From Eledone cirrhosa (taxonomy: Eukaryota), in contig OZ024746.1 of NCBI GenBank assembly GCA_964016885.1, forward strand, positions 99,076,001 through 99,140,000: a DNA stretch of 64,000 bases, read 5' to 3'. A program made the position numbers and the translations under genes. Below, one piece after another: positions 25,918 through 39,059 of the stretch. How positions within the stretch are numbered: position 1 is the first letter of the stretch; every line of letters begins with the position of its first letter. The notes under the pieces are model-generated. The model did not search any database. It worked only from the letters and a program-made list of their open reading frames with translations, and was not told the DNA's origin.

Positions 25918-25920
<3 letters not shown>
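24763..25920 (+). mobile_element. L1/Tx1-clade LINE, 5'-truncated (ORF2 C-terminus with zf-RVT and 3' UTR), inside a (TCTA)n array
   Basis: Open frame to 25654: W.CYRGALPVRERL...CPRC..DEETVAHALVHC...LW; 3' end GCAAATAAAAGAAACTTA; (TCTA)n on both sides (24706-24762, 25921-25968). Confidence 0.85.
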
Positions 25921-25968
<48 letters not shown>

Positions 25969-26057
25969 CCAGGGCAGTCGGTTGGTAGCTGACCTGTTCC
26001 AGAGAGGCTAATTTCTCGCTGATGAATCTGCTATTAGCCAATTACGTAATGCTTAGT

Positions 26058-26460
26058 CATCATCATCCGACGGCCTCAGCCGAAATGGACTCCACAATTG
26101 ATCTCCACGTGGGTCTGTCATTCATTGCCGTTGCCAAGTCCTGGATTTCAATACCAGAATCTCTGGGGATGACATCGAGATAGGAGAGCTTTCGCCCCCT
26201 GTTATTAGTGATTGCTTGTGGTTTTCAAAACACTAATGAGGACATAACCTCATGGGTGGCATGATGGCAGTGGCCAGCAAATCAGGATAGGAGAGTCTAC
26301 GCCCCCTATTATTAGTGACTGCTTGTGGTTTCCAAAGCACTAATGAGGACACAGCCTCATAGTTGGCACGAAGGCAGTGGCCAGCAAATCTTACTCTCCT
26401 TTTACATACAACGACAGATATGCGTGGGAGGCCGGCATATATCTCTCTCAAAGTCAGATG
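26058..26460 (-). mobile_element. RTE-clade LINE 3' fragment with internal duplication
   Basis: IYAGLPRISVVV.KRRVRFAGHCLRA...LVLWKP...RGR.LSYPD; (GAT)n tail. Confidence 0.75.
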
Positions 26461-26809
26461 TCGTCAGCTTAAGTTCTAAATGTTTAGTACCATTAACTAA
26501 TTTCTTGCTGATGAAGCTGCTTTAGCCAATCACGTAATGCTTAGTACCATTCCGTAATTTCTGTGCACAGCATTTCCATATGGACTGTCGTCAGTCGATG
26601 GAGTAGCAGAAAATGAAATGAATGTCACAATAAACCATTTTGAGTCCCATAAGCATAGAAAATCTTTTTTATGATTCCTAATATAAAAAATACATTTATT
26701 AACAATTAAATAATGATCTTTTCATTACTTTGAATCACTGCCTTTTCTCAATCATATGAGCCTATCCAATCATTTTCATTGACTACAGGATAATTGTACG
26801 ACTTGAACT

Positions 26810-27115
26810 AGTAGCGGCACTCCGTCGGTTACGACAACGAATGTTCAAATTGATACGATCAACAGAACAACCTGCTCGAGAAATTAACGATCAAGTGGCT
26901 GAGCATTCCACAAACACGCGTACGCTTAACGTAGTACTCAGGGAGATTCGGCGTGACACAGTGTGAGACAAGGCTGGCCCTTCGAATTACAGGTACAACT
27001 CATTTTTGCCAGCTGAGTGGACTGGAGCAACGTGAAATAAAGTGTCTTGCTCAAGGACACAGCGCACCGTGAGTGTGAGCCAAATGCCCTAACCACAAAG
27101 CCACGTCCCTTCACA
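26810..27115 (-). mobile_element. tRNA-derived SINE (family B), near full length
   Basis: Homologous to 12990-13250; minus-strand head GTGAAGGGACGTGGCTTTGTGGTTAGG. Confidence 0.8.
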
Positions 27116-27330
27116 CGATTTTGACTAGAAGGTTACAAAACACCTGTGAATATTACAGTGCTCCCACTTTTTCCACCAATAAACAGCTTGGCATGGCGAA
27201 ACTTGGGTGATTTAGTGACTTTGGAATATATTGGAGTTTGGTTAATGTAATACAACTGTCACTTCCTTACCAACTCAGCAAAACTTACACTGTCTGTATG
27301 TTTTTTTTCTGTCTCTACCGTCTTTCCCCG

Positions 27331-27333
27331 CTC

Positions 27334-27396
<63 letters not shown>

Positions 27397-27510
27397 CTCT
27401 TTCTCTTTCTCTTTTTCTCTCTCTTTCTTTCTCTCTGTCTCTTTCTCTCTCTCTCTCCCTCTTTTCTTTCTCTCTCTCTACCACATCTCCTCCTCTCACT
27501 CTCTCTTCTC
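27331..27510. repeat. (CTTT)n/(CT)n polypyrimidine array
   Basis: Seen directly. Confidence 0.95.
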
Positions 27511-28420
27511 TTCTATTTCAACACACACATCTACATACATATATATATATATATATATGATTGTCTGTCAATATGTATCATGTTTATGTGATATTTTCTT
27601 ACAGAATTTTCTGTGGATTTGTTATTATTCTGTGCCATGTTTACAATGGCGCCCCTTGTTTGAACAATGCAGCCTTCCATGTCATCCCGGCATGAAAACA
27701 TTAATTAGGTCATTGCCATGATTAACATCTGTTAGTTAGACTAGTTTTCAACTTAGTTTCTGTCAGCTATTTATAGAGAACTTACCGAAATGAATAGCTA
27801 AAAGTTCCTCCTCGTTTAGTGACCAGAAATCTCCATTCTTCAGCAGTATTTCGCATGAGGTTATTTTTAAAACAGTCAGATCTAAAAAAAAAACAAGGAA
27901 ATAAATTAAATGAAAAAAAATATCAATAACAACAACAACAACAACAAAAAACAAACATTTAATGAGAAAAGAGAAATGTAGAAGGAAAGAAAAAGAAAAT
28001 AAATAGAATAAAGAAAAACTATCAAGCAAGCAATAAAATAATTAAAGATCCTTACGTGGGAAAATAAACAGAAAATAATTATTTGATGGATGATAAGAAT
28101 GTTTTTCGACAAAAAGCAAACATACCGCCATGCTAGAAAATAGATTCAGAGTGTATATTATTTTACGGGTTGGTGAAGAAGCGACATTGATATAATGTCC
28201 TGCACGTAAAAGATTGTTGGATGTTTGGGGGGCTGAATGTATTACTCATCAATTGTTTGTTTTTTTGCATGAGCTCCCCTCCCCCCACCCTTTCTTTCAA
28301 TATTTATAAGAAAATACTTGGGTCTTTAGTTGCTGGATTTGACATGGTTTTATTCTAAAGATTTTTCGAAATTTAGTTGTGATTCTCGATTTTATTCTTA
28401 AGGATTTAGATACCCTCACT

Positions 28421-28720
28421 TAGGGTTGGATTTAGGTTGGATTTAGACCTGGGAGTGGGGGGTAGGAGGAGGGGGGGGGCACGTCCGGTTTGGGGTCCCC
28501 TCATACACAAAACAATAGAATACACAGCAAACCCCCCAATTTTCCATATCAAAGTTAGCTTGGTGCAAGTAATTGGTATTGAAAAGTTATACATACAGGC
28601 ATTAAATTAAAAAAATTCTAACCATCATAAAACTAAAATGCCCAGCTGATGGCACAAATAAATTGCTACAGCCATTGCTGAAGGGGGCCCGGGGAAAATG
28701 ACCCCATTAAATCCCCCCCT
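28421..28720 (-). mobile_element. hAT-like MITE (same family)
   Basis: AGGGTTGGATTTAG start and shared body. Confidence 0.7.
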
Positions 28721-28884
28721 CCTCACTTCTATATCTTATTTATCAATCTTTTAGAAAGCGTTTTGAATAAGTCAGCCCCATGAAGTTAACGAAGTGTAAA
28801 ACATGGCCTGCAAGTTCCGAGTAAAGACCGAAAATATTAGGAAAAGAATTAAATGCTATATCAGTGATTGTCTGCATTTAAAGC

Positions 28885-29060
28885 AGAGGTAGACCCTGAG
28901 CAAGATGGTTGGATAACATCCATGAGCTTGGCTGGTCTCGTTTGGAGATCCAGTCGGATCAGTTGGAGACGGTTGCTTCTGACAGGACTCCCTAGAAGGA
29001 GTGTTCGAAGACTCTGCCCCCACGACCTTCTCAGGAATAAGTGGGAGAAGAAGAAGACGA
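28885..29060 (+). mobile_element. RTE (Expander/Rex3-like) 3' end
   Basis: AGAGGTAGACCCTGAGCAAGATGGTTGGATAAC...(GAA)n. Confidence 0.75.
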
Positions 29061-29639
29061 TTTACAGTTTGGTTGCTAAAAGCTTTATACATTTCCACCA
29101 TTTTTACTTCTAACATTTATATTGAGGTTTCCCTTAACTTAATACCACAACATTACCGATTTTGCAATCCATATTGACCAGACTTACTTTTGTAAACAAC
29201 TAAACATGAAAACTTCTTTCATAATGGTTCTAGGCGAGAAACACCCACAACATGACAGTAGATTAACCCAAAACTCTCCCTAATTTATACACAATCCTCC
29301 TCTACAACCTATAGGCGTGACCCATCCTATCTGGTTAGTTGTATAATATGATACAGAATAACAGTTACAGACGTGTGTGATAATTTGCTAGCTATTCTCA
29401 ACAGCATAAAAGTACATTTGGCTCTGTTTTGTTTGAGTTTAAAAGCGGTCCCTTCAGCAGGAATATTATCGTTGATCTACTGCCAACCTAACATTTAATA
29501 TCGGTGTTGAAGAAGGCAGTTTCGCTCAACACACTCGTTGTTTTCATTAAGAAAACTAAACAAGACCAAAGATATTTCCGATAACAGTAAAAATGATTAG
29601 AAAGATGTTTTTGTTGACTGATGGTCTGGTACATAGTAA

Positions 29640-30445
29640 TGACTGGTAATTTGCTTTATTGCATTTAGAATAAATAGTGGCAATCCAAGTCGAATTGCTA
29701 AAGCTGCTGCAGTAATACGCCAACTTCAGTTCTCGGTCATTAGATGAAGGGAGATAAGTGTAAAAGCCAAACTCGCTATTTGTATCTACATTTACCTGTG
29801 GTGATGAATCTTGGGTAATGACCGAATGAAAACGATTGTGAATACATATGACTGAAATAGTGTTTCTCCAAAGTCTCTATGGAATAACGTCCGCGATAGA
29901 ATGCATAGCTGGGACATCAGAGAGTTGTTCCAGGTGGCACTGCTACTTCATCGCATCGAGAGATCACAGCTCCTGTGCTAGGGAAGTGTCTAGGGAAAGA
30001 ATCACAGCAAACCAGTAAATTATTCTCTCCACCTCGTGAGGATGCCCCTCTCTGAAGAGAAGAGAGCCCTAGACGCATTACTGATAGCAGGTGTGGAAGA
30101 GGACTTCATATTACGAAGTCGGTGGATGGTCTGGCAGAATACTTTATTTGCTGATCTGAAGTCAGATTCCAGCTTAACCCCAAAATCCTCCCATGGCTTA
30201 ACTTTGGACGACTTTACTGTCTCTGCTGCGACTTTTCGCGCTTGCTTATACTGCAAGTGCAAGGAGGAGGACTTATTTCCGAACCAAACTTTGTCGGCCT
30301 CCTTCTTTGCTCGTTTGAAATCTTTGACCTCTTGATTGAACAAAGGTGCTCTCCTGCTACTCGGCGCCACACGAAGCCTCTTTCGTCCGCAGCATTTAAC
30401 AACTGACACAGAAACTGCCGATGTTAACAATCTCCATTCCGTTTC
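29640..30445. mobile_element. RTE fragments in opposite orientations (29640-30010 +, 30020-30445 -)
   Basis: Plus strand: LTCGDESWVMT..LLLHRIERSQL. Minus strand: EN-RT linker WEDFGVKLESDFRSANKVFCQTIHRLR...ILTRWRE. Confidence 0.7.
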
Positions 30446-30574
30446 AACGTCTTAACTACATCTAACACTGCAGAGACTTCATCAAGGAAGGATCTTTATT
30501 CAGACTCTTTGTTTGGTGCATAAAATGGCACCACCCGCAGAGACGTATCTTTCCACCTAAGCTTCTAGAGGCAA

Positions 30575-30810
30575 ATTCTCCCTCCCAATAGGTTTGTGCT
30601 AGAGCCTGCAGCAGTGGGGACTTCCGGCGTTCTTGGCCTCAGGACCACATCCCTGTTCATTGTTATCGAAGCGGAGCTGGCTGCCCGCAGGTGCGAGCCT
30701 CGCGAGATGGAGCGGCTGTTCCAGCGCGTATCCCTCGCCATCCTCCGAGGCAATGTATTTTCCATTCTGTCGGTTGGGACCAAGAGATGGAGGGTAAGTT
30801 AGTCGGAGGT
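30575..30810 (+). mobile_element. CRE-clade LINE C-terminal RLE fragment
   Basis: FVLEPAAVGTSGVLG...LFQRVSLAILRGNVFSIL matches the P.xxET.G..G...QR.S.AIQRGN pattern of CRE elements. Confidence 0.75.
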
Positions 30811-30985
30811 GGAGAATACTCGTTCTGACGTCGCATATATACACACATACACAAAATATACACAACACTTAGCCGTGGAAAATATGGAACTACTCAACTA
30901 AACCTGAAAAGAATTTGATGTTTCTATTCTGTCGGCGACATATGTATTGAATCTAATAAGTCGAGTTTCCTTAATAGCCCTCCAA

Positions 30986-31132
30986 CAGGGCCAGATTTAA
31001 GTGGAGCAAAGGGATAATTGCCCCGGGCCCTCTGCAGTGGTGGGATCCCACCAGCGACGGCCGTAGCAATTTATTTGTGCCCTCATCTAAGCTTTTTAGT
31101 TTTAGGGTGGTTAGAATTTTTGAATTTAATAC
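30986..31132 (+). mobile_element. hAT-like MITE, 5' half
   Basis: CAGGGCCAGATTTAAG...AATTGCCCCGGGCCC. Confidence 0.7.
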
Positions 31133-31361
31133 TCGCGGGTCGCAGCCCCATTACCGCCGCGCCCTGGACCCAGAGCCAATCATCCTCTCCACCCATCTCC
31201 ACATTCTTCTGTGACAATAGAGTCCTTGCCATTAACTCCCTTTCCCGTTTATTCTCTTTTTTCTTCATATTTTTCTATTTTACATTCCAATCTAAAAGAT
31301 AAATACTGTTTTGTTATCTGTGAATGTTCAAAATTAATTTCCTTTATATATATGTGAAATG

Positions 31362-31585
31362 TGAAGGCGCGTGACTGAGTGGTTATAGAATTAGATTCAC
31401 AATCGTCAGGTTGTGAGTTCGATTCCTGGACTGGGTAATACGTTATGTCATTGAGCAAGACACTTTATTTCACGTTGCTCCTTCTACCTGGAGTTGCGAC
31501 CGATAGATAGTATTAGCAGTTGGAAAGACAAACGAAAACATTGTTTCCTCGGTCCGATTTGACGAAAGTCGATCGACTGTCGATA
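31362..31585 (+). mobile_element. tRNA-derived SINE (family C)
   Basis: Homologous to 1248-1470. Confidence 0.75.
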
Positions 31586-31894
31586 TGTGAAAGATAATGG
31601 TTTTATCTTCGTATTCTGGGGGCATACACAGTCTATTTCTCTTAGAGTATATAGAACCCCATGAGGTTAACCTTTTAAAAATCATCGATATTTCTCTTCA
31701 TTGCTATACATCTTGAAATGTCGATAATCATTTTGGTGGATGCTGAAAATCCTGAGCTTCTTTTATCACTCATGTTTTTAATTTTACTTTTAATTTAAGC
31801 CAGTTTACGGTACCTATACAGAGACAGTGTTTGTACGTCTAACAGCTTTCAACTCCACTGTTTCCTCCAATACCTTTCTATTTTCTATGTTGGT

Positions 31895-32340
31895 CTCCTT
31901 CTTCTTCTTCGCCCACCTATTCCTGAGAGGGTCGTGGGGGCAGAGTCCTCAACCACTCCTTCCAGCAGGTCCTGTCAGAAGTAACCGTCTCCAACTGATC
32001 CGTTTGGATCCCCAAGCGTGATCAGCCAAGCTTATGGATGTTATCCAATCATCCTGCTCAAGGTCTCCTCCTGGGTCTCCTACCAGTTGGTTTTTGCATG
32101 TAAAATCTGTCCAGCAATTCTTTCCTGAGACATTCTAACCACATGGCCATAGTATCGGAGTTGTGATCTCCCAATTCAGAGAAGTAGAGGCTTCACCTGG
32201 GCTGACTCTCTCATCTCCGAGCTACGCACTTTATCGAATAAGGTTACTCCAACGGCCCTTCGGAGGAACCCATTTCGGCCGCTTGTATTCGCGATCGTAT
32301 TCTTTCGATCATTAGCCAAGATAGGTAAGGGTTGGTACGA
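31895..32340 (-). mobile_element. RTE (Expander/Rex3-like) 3' fragment
   Basis: Same family motifs, with a (TTC)n tail on the plus strand. Confidence 0.75.
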
Positions 32341-32449
32341 AAATCGATTAACCAGTATAGTGATCAGTTGACCTACTCCGATTTAGCTAAGATCTACTGT
32401 TATAGCAGTGTTTCCTTAGTCTTTCAGCCATGGTTTGGCACTCTGTAAA

Positions 32450-33820
32450 AATAATTGTTTCTACTTTTGGCATAAGGCCAGCAATTACCCCAGTACATTA
32501 CTGGTACTTTATTTTATCGACCCCGTAAGGATGAAAGGCAAAGTTAACCTCGGCGGGATTTGAACTCAAACCAAAAAGGGCCGTAACTCTATGTTGCAAA
32601 GCATGGTGTCTGACCCTCTACTGATAAATGTAAATATAATTATTTCTACTTTTGGCACAAGGCCAGCAATTACCCAGTGCATTACTGGTACTTTATTTTA
32701 TCGACCCCGTTTCAAGTATTATACTCCATCTCTACCTAAATCAGAGCAGCTGTGTTGTTTATATTTTGGTCATGAGAAATATCATACAGGATGTGAAACT
32801 CTTATTTCTGGTTGTTGTTTTGTGTTACAGCGATCGGCCACCTGGTGGACAGAACAATCACATCTCAACGCTTTTGTTGTCACATAACTGACAGACGGAG
32901 TTTATAAACATTCCTTTCACCTTTTCACTGACACAATTTACTGTAATAATTTCACTTGTTTTTCAAAATGTTATCATTAGTAAGGGTGGTGGGTTGACAG
33001 TATCGGTAGAGCGTCGGACAACATGCCTTATGGCATGGAGTTACGACCCTTAACGATCTATGTTCAAATCCCGCCGAGGTTAGTTTTGCCTTTCATCGTT
33101 ACGGGGTCGATAAAATAAAGTACCAGCAATGCACTGAGGTCGATTTAATCGACTTCCCACTCACACCAAAATTGTTGGCCTTCTGCCTAATTCAGAAACC
33201 AAGGGCGATTGATTGAGAAAATCGTTGGAGTGTCGGAGAAAATGTTTTGTGGTATTTATCCCGGCTCTTTACGTCCTGAGTTCAAATCGCGCCAAGGTCT
33301 ACTTTGCCTTTCATCTCTTGGGGGTCGATAAAATAAAGTACCATTCACGCACTGGGGTCGATATAATTGACTTTCCGCCTCCTCCAACATTTCTGGCCCT
33401 GTGTCTAAATCGTAAACCATTATTATTATTATTAAAGTGAAGCGAGTTCAAATCCTGCCGAAGTTAGCTTTGCCTTTCATTCTTACGGGGTTGATAAAAT
33501 AAAGTACCAGTAATACACTGAGGTCGATTTAATCGATTTTACCCTCCCTCCAAATTGTTGGCCATGTGCCTAAATCAGAAACCAATATTTTATCTTTAGT
33601 AAACTGGTGTATTGGTAGAATCGGTAGATTGTCGGATGGAATGTAAGTGATGTTTCTTCTGTTTCTCTACGTTCTCAGTTCAAATTTCGCCGAGGTCAAC
33701 TTTGCCTTTCATCATTCCGGGATCGATAAAATAAAGTACCAGTCAAGTACTGAGGTTGATTTTATCAACTTTGCCTAAAATGTGCTGGTTTGTTGTCTAA
33801 GTTAGAAATCAATATTTTAT
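32450..33820. mobile_element. SINE family A cluster (two minus copies 32450-32710; four plus copies 32985-33820)
   Basis: Repeated GTTCAAAT..GCCGAGG..GCCTTTCATC..GATAAAATAAAGTACCA cores. Confidence 0.8.
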
Positions 33821-33834
33821 CATTACTAACAACG

Positions 33835-34120
33835 ATAGGGTCCTTAGAGTAACGTTCCTCGATAGAGGGCGCAGCTCGGAGATGAGGGAGTCACTCCAGG
33901 TAGAGCCACTACTTCCCCAAATTGAAAGATCACAGCTCCGATACTATGGCCATGTGGTTAGAGTGTCTCAGGAAAGAATCGCAGGATAGATTTCACATGC
34001 AAGTTCAACCGACAGGAGACCCAGAGGTAGACCCTGAGCAAGATGGTTGGATAATATCCATGGGCTTGGCTGGTCTCGCTTGGGGATCTGTCCGGGTCAG
34101 TGGAAGATGGTTGCTTCTTA
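33835..34120 (+). mobile_element. RTE (Expander/Rex3-like) fragment
   Basis: EPLLPQIERSQLRYYGHVVRVSQERI. Confidence 0.75.
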
Positions 34121-34208
34121 AGTGGGAGTGTCACCTAATGTGGGTAACGGTGTTATAGAGTAGAATTAACACACAAAGTCGCGTGGCGTAGTGGTTAGGG
34201 TTTTCGAG

Positions 34209-35066
34209 TCTACCGATACTGCCATGGTGTCTGACCCTCTACAGATACTGCCATGGTGTCTGACCCTCTACAGATACTGCCATGGTGTCTGACCCTCTAC
34301 AGATACTGCCATGGTGTCTGACCCTCTACAGATACTACCATGGTGTCTGACCCTCTACAGATACTGCCATGGTGTCTGACCCTCTACAGATACTGTCATG
34401 GTGTCTGACCCTCTACAGATACTACCATGGTGTCTGACCCTCTACAGATACTGCCATGGTGTCTGACACTCTACAGATACTACCATGGTGTCTGAGCCTC
34501 TACTTATACTACCATGGTGTCTGACCCTCTACAGATACTGCCATGGTGTCTGACACTCTACAGATACTGCCATGGTGTCTGACCCTCTACAGATACTACC
34601 ATGGTGTCTGACCCTCTACAGATACTGCCATGGTGTCTGACCCTCTACAGATACTGCCATGGTGTCTGACCCACTACAGATACTGCCATGGTGTCTGACC
34701 CTCAGCAGATACTGCCATGGTGTCTGACCCTCTACAGATACTGCCATGGTGTCTGACACTCTACAGATACTGCCATGGTGTCTGACCCTCTACAGATACT
34801 ACCATGGTGTCTGACCCTCTACAGATACTGCCATGGTGTCTGACCCTCTACAGATACTGCCATGGTGTCTGACCCTCTACAGATACTACCATGGTGTCTG
34901 ACCCTCTACAGATACTGCCATGGTGTCTGACCCTCTACAGATACTGCCATGGTGTCTGACCCTCTACAGATACTGCCATGGTGTCTGACCCTCTACAGAT
35001 ACTGCCATGGTGTCTGACCCTCTACAGATACTGCCATGGTGTCTGACCCTCTACTTATACTACCAA
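34209..35066. repeat. 29-bp minisatellite derived from the SINE A head, about 29 copies
   Basis: Unit ATGGTGTCTGACCCTCTACAGATACTGCC vs SINE sequence ATGGTGTCTGACCCTCTACCGATACTGCC at 4057-4085. Confidence 0.95.
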
Positions 35067-35439
35067 TACTTCACAATACTTTTCAAGTTGAAATCTCTCT
35101 GAATCTTTCATACTTTGCCTTAGAAATCATTTTAATTAACCCCAATTTATTTTCTGTTTGAAAGGGCGTCATATAAACTTTCCCAGAGGGCGTTAACGTA
35201 TAAAATACAAACATGTTCAGAGCAGTTGAATCCACCATTAAACACTGTTATTATACTAATCGAGCTGTTTAAATTTACCCATATATTCTTTTGAAATTAT
35301 TTTAGACGAAACTAAAGGCCAAAGCCTCGCCATAAGTATTTTGTTTGGTTTTTACAGCTCATTATCTCAGGCTCAATAAGTAGAACGAATTCAAATGCGT
35401 GGTTGTGGCTGTTTCTATTATGGACGGCTAATTCTCAAC

Positions 35440-35648
35440 ATATTGTTTCTCATTTAGGCACAAGGCCAACAATTTTTGGGGAGGGAAAAGTAGACTAAAT
35501 CGACCCCAGTGCATTACTGGTACTTTATTTTATCGACCCCGTAAGGATGTAAGGCAAAGTTAACCGCGGCAGGATTTGAACTCAGAATGGCAAGGGCGTC
35601 GAAGCATTGTGTCCGACCTTCTACCGATACTGCCAATCCACCGCCTCC
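35440..35648 (-). mobile_element. SINE family A
   Basis: Matches the consensus. Confidence 0.8.
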
Positions 35649-35675
35649 ACTACGTAATAATAATAATAATAATAA

Positions 35676-35890
35676 TCTAAACTATAATAAAGAAAGGAGT
35701 GCGGGACTGCATCCTGAATATATTTTTTAACCGGTTTGTAAAATAAGTTGGATTACTTTGAATAAATAATTAATGAATATTAAATAATTTATCTACTAAA
35801 TTTCGTAACTCTTGATTAAATATAAATAATTTCATTTCTTATTTAAAATTGACTTCTTTTAAAAGTTTCAAATTTCTACACTTCCAGTAT
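35676..35890 (+). mobile_element. Helitron H1, 5' part (diverged)
   Basis: A|TCTAAACTATAATAAAG..GGAGTGCGGGACTGC...AAATAAGTTGGATTACTTTGAATAAA. Confidence 0.7.
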
Positions 35891-35989
35891 ATCGCCGCCA
35901 CCACCACCACCACTTCAACTACCATATATATTGACAGAGAGAGGAAGAGAGAGTGTGTGATGAGAGAGATACAGATAGAGTGATTATGT

Positions 35990-36870
<881 letters not shown>

Positions 36871-37289
36871 ACGCGTATGCGCTTGTGTGTGTGCGTGTGT
36901 TCCTGTACATACATACATCTATATGTATGAGTATATAACTATAATCGCGCAAACACAAACTTACAAAAATACACGTTCTCGAACAAACATTCAGATAAAT
37001 ACACATACATTCACACAATCACACACATACAGTCATAATAGCAGCGTTTGAGAGTAACATGAAGTACAACTTTTTATTTATTTATTACAAACACAGTTTA
37101 ACCCTTTTTTTAAAACTCATTTGTATAAAAAATTAATATAATGGCTTTAGAACGAAAACACAAACAAATATAATATGTACAAAGGAAAGGGAAAGGAAAA
37201 TAAGAAAGAGAAAAAAATACACAAGCACGTAATGCACACATCTTAGGCCACACAGGCTGGATAATGTAGTTAGCTAACAGAACACGGGT

Positions 37290-37494
37290 TTTTAGGATTT
37301 TGTTCTGTTTTGCCCTTATCGCTGCATCCAGGGTGTGGGAAGAAGCAAAAGAGTCACTAACTGTGATGTCCCAGGTAATGTACCCGCCTCTTGACCAGGA
37401 GCACAGAATAAGACCGTCAAATCTTTTCCAATAAATTCAGGACAACCCAGATGGTTTCAAAATTGAGGGGATGTTTTCCCCGGCCAAAGCTCTT
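37290..37494 (-). mobile_element. CRE-clade LINE RLE fragment (pseudogenised)
   Basis: Hand translation RALAGENIPSILKPSGLS*IYWKRFDGLILCSWSRGGYITWDITVSDSFASSH..AAIRAKQNK matches the EP.GL...GKRPDG...PW..G...WD.TV pattern. Confidence 0.7.
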
Positions 37495-37689
37495 AAGTGG
37501 TAATAGGACAGTGTGTGTATGTGCGCGCGCGTGAGTTTATTGGCGTTCTTCAATTGGAAACGGGTGTGTGTGTGTGTCACTGTTTTTAAGTTAGAGACAT
37601 ATATGTGTGTGTATCCCTTTCCTTCCTTTTACACACACATACATTCACATTGTTGATGGACGGGTGGACAGAAGTCCCTCAAATTTATA

Positions 37690-38330
37690 TACATGTGAAT
37701 GGAGTTCCACTGAAGCAGTTAGAGAAGTTCAAGTATCTCGGGGCCGCGTTCATGAATGATGGAATGTAGGAGGCTGAATTAAGTGCAAGAATTGCAAAAG
37801 CTGATGCCGTAATGTGTCAGCTTCAGCAATCAGATGAAAGGGGGTAGGTGTAAAAGCCAAACTCGCTCTCTTCCTCGTACTCCTGCCAACTCTTACCGAA
37901 GATCATGAATCTTGAGTAATGACCAAAAGAATACACTTGCAAATAAAAGTGGCAGAAATGGGATCCCTCCGAAGGGTCTTTGGAGTAACGTTACTCGATA
38001 AATGCATAACTCAGAGATCAGAGAGTCACTCCTGGTAGAGCCGCTACTTCTCCGAATTGAGAGATCACAACTCCGATATTATGAGCATGTGGTTAGAATG
38101 TCTCAGTAAAGAATCGCTGGACACATTTTACAGGTAAACCCAGCCTGCAAGAGACCCAGAGGTAGATCCTGAACAAGTTAGTTGGATAACATCGATGAGC
38201 TTGTCTGGTCACGCTTTGGGATTCAGCTGGATCAGTTAGAGATGTTTGCTTCTGACATACTCGCTGGAAGGAGTGTTTGAGAAGGACTCTGCCCCTACGA
38301 CCCTCTCAGAAATAATTGGACGAAGAAGAA
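37690..38330 (+). mobile_element. RTE (Expander/Rex3-like) 3' 640 bp
   Basis: LKQLEKFKYLG...ARIAKADAVM...EPLLLRIERSQLRYYEHVVRM...(GAA)n. Confidence 0.8.
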
Positions 38331-38331
38331 G

Positions 38332-38434
38332 ATATTGTCAATAAACTTTTCAATTTACATATATCTATATGCATATATATTTGCTTATAATACCAATATG
38401 CACACTACATATGCCTGTAGAAAACCGCCCGGGG
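38332..38434 (+). mobile_element. Helitron H1, 3' part (diverged)
   Basis: TTGCTTATAATACCAATATGCACACTACATATGCCTGTAGAAAACCGCCCG matches 3239-3290. Confidence 0.6.
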
Positions 38435-38454
38435 GTTAATAATAATAATAATAA

Positions 38455-39028
38455 TAATTGTTTCTACTTTTGGCACAAGGCCAGCAATTACCCCAGTACA
38501 TTACTGGTACTTTATTTTATCGACCCCGTAAGGATGAAAGGCAAAGTTAACCTCGGCGGGATTTGAACTCAGACCGTAAAGGGACGTAACTATGCTGGAA
38601 AGCATGGCGTCCGACTCTCAAACCGATACTGCCAATCCACTGCTAGTAATAATAATAATAATTGTTTCTACTTTTTGGCACAAGGCCAGCAATCACCCAG
38701 TGCATTACTGGTACTTTATTTTATCGAGCTCGTAAGGATGAAAGGCAAAGTTAACCTCGGCGGGATTTGAACTCAGAATGGCAAGGGCCGTAACTCTATG
38801 CGTCAAAGCAAGGCGTCAGACACAAGGCCAACAATTTGGGGGGAGGGGAGGGGGAAGGCGTTTAAACCCACCCCAGTGCGTAACTGGTATTTTATTTTAT
38901 CGACCCCGTAAGGATGAAAGGCAAAACTAACCTCGGCAGGATTTGAATCCAGAACGTAAAGGGCCATAACTCTATGCTGCAAAGCATGGTGTCCGACGCC
39001 CTACCGATACTGCTAATCCACCGCCCCA
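38455..39028 (-). mobile_element. Three tandem SINE family A copies
   Basis: Three cores, with (AAT)n tails on two of them. Confidence 0.8.
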
Positions 39029-39059
39029 ACATATTAAAGAGGTTACGATAGGATCAGGA

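Noticed and set aside
34209-35066. CRISPR array (29-bp repeats); also considered for 20029-20768, 49095-51460 and 59052-59724
   Set aside because: Units are head-to-tail with no unique spacers, there are no cas genes, and the context is eukaryotic.
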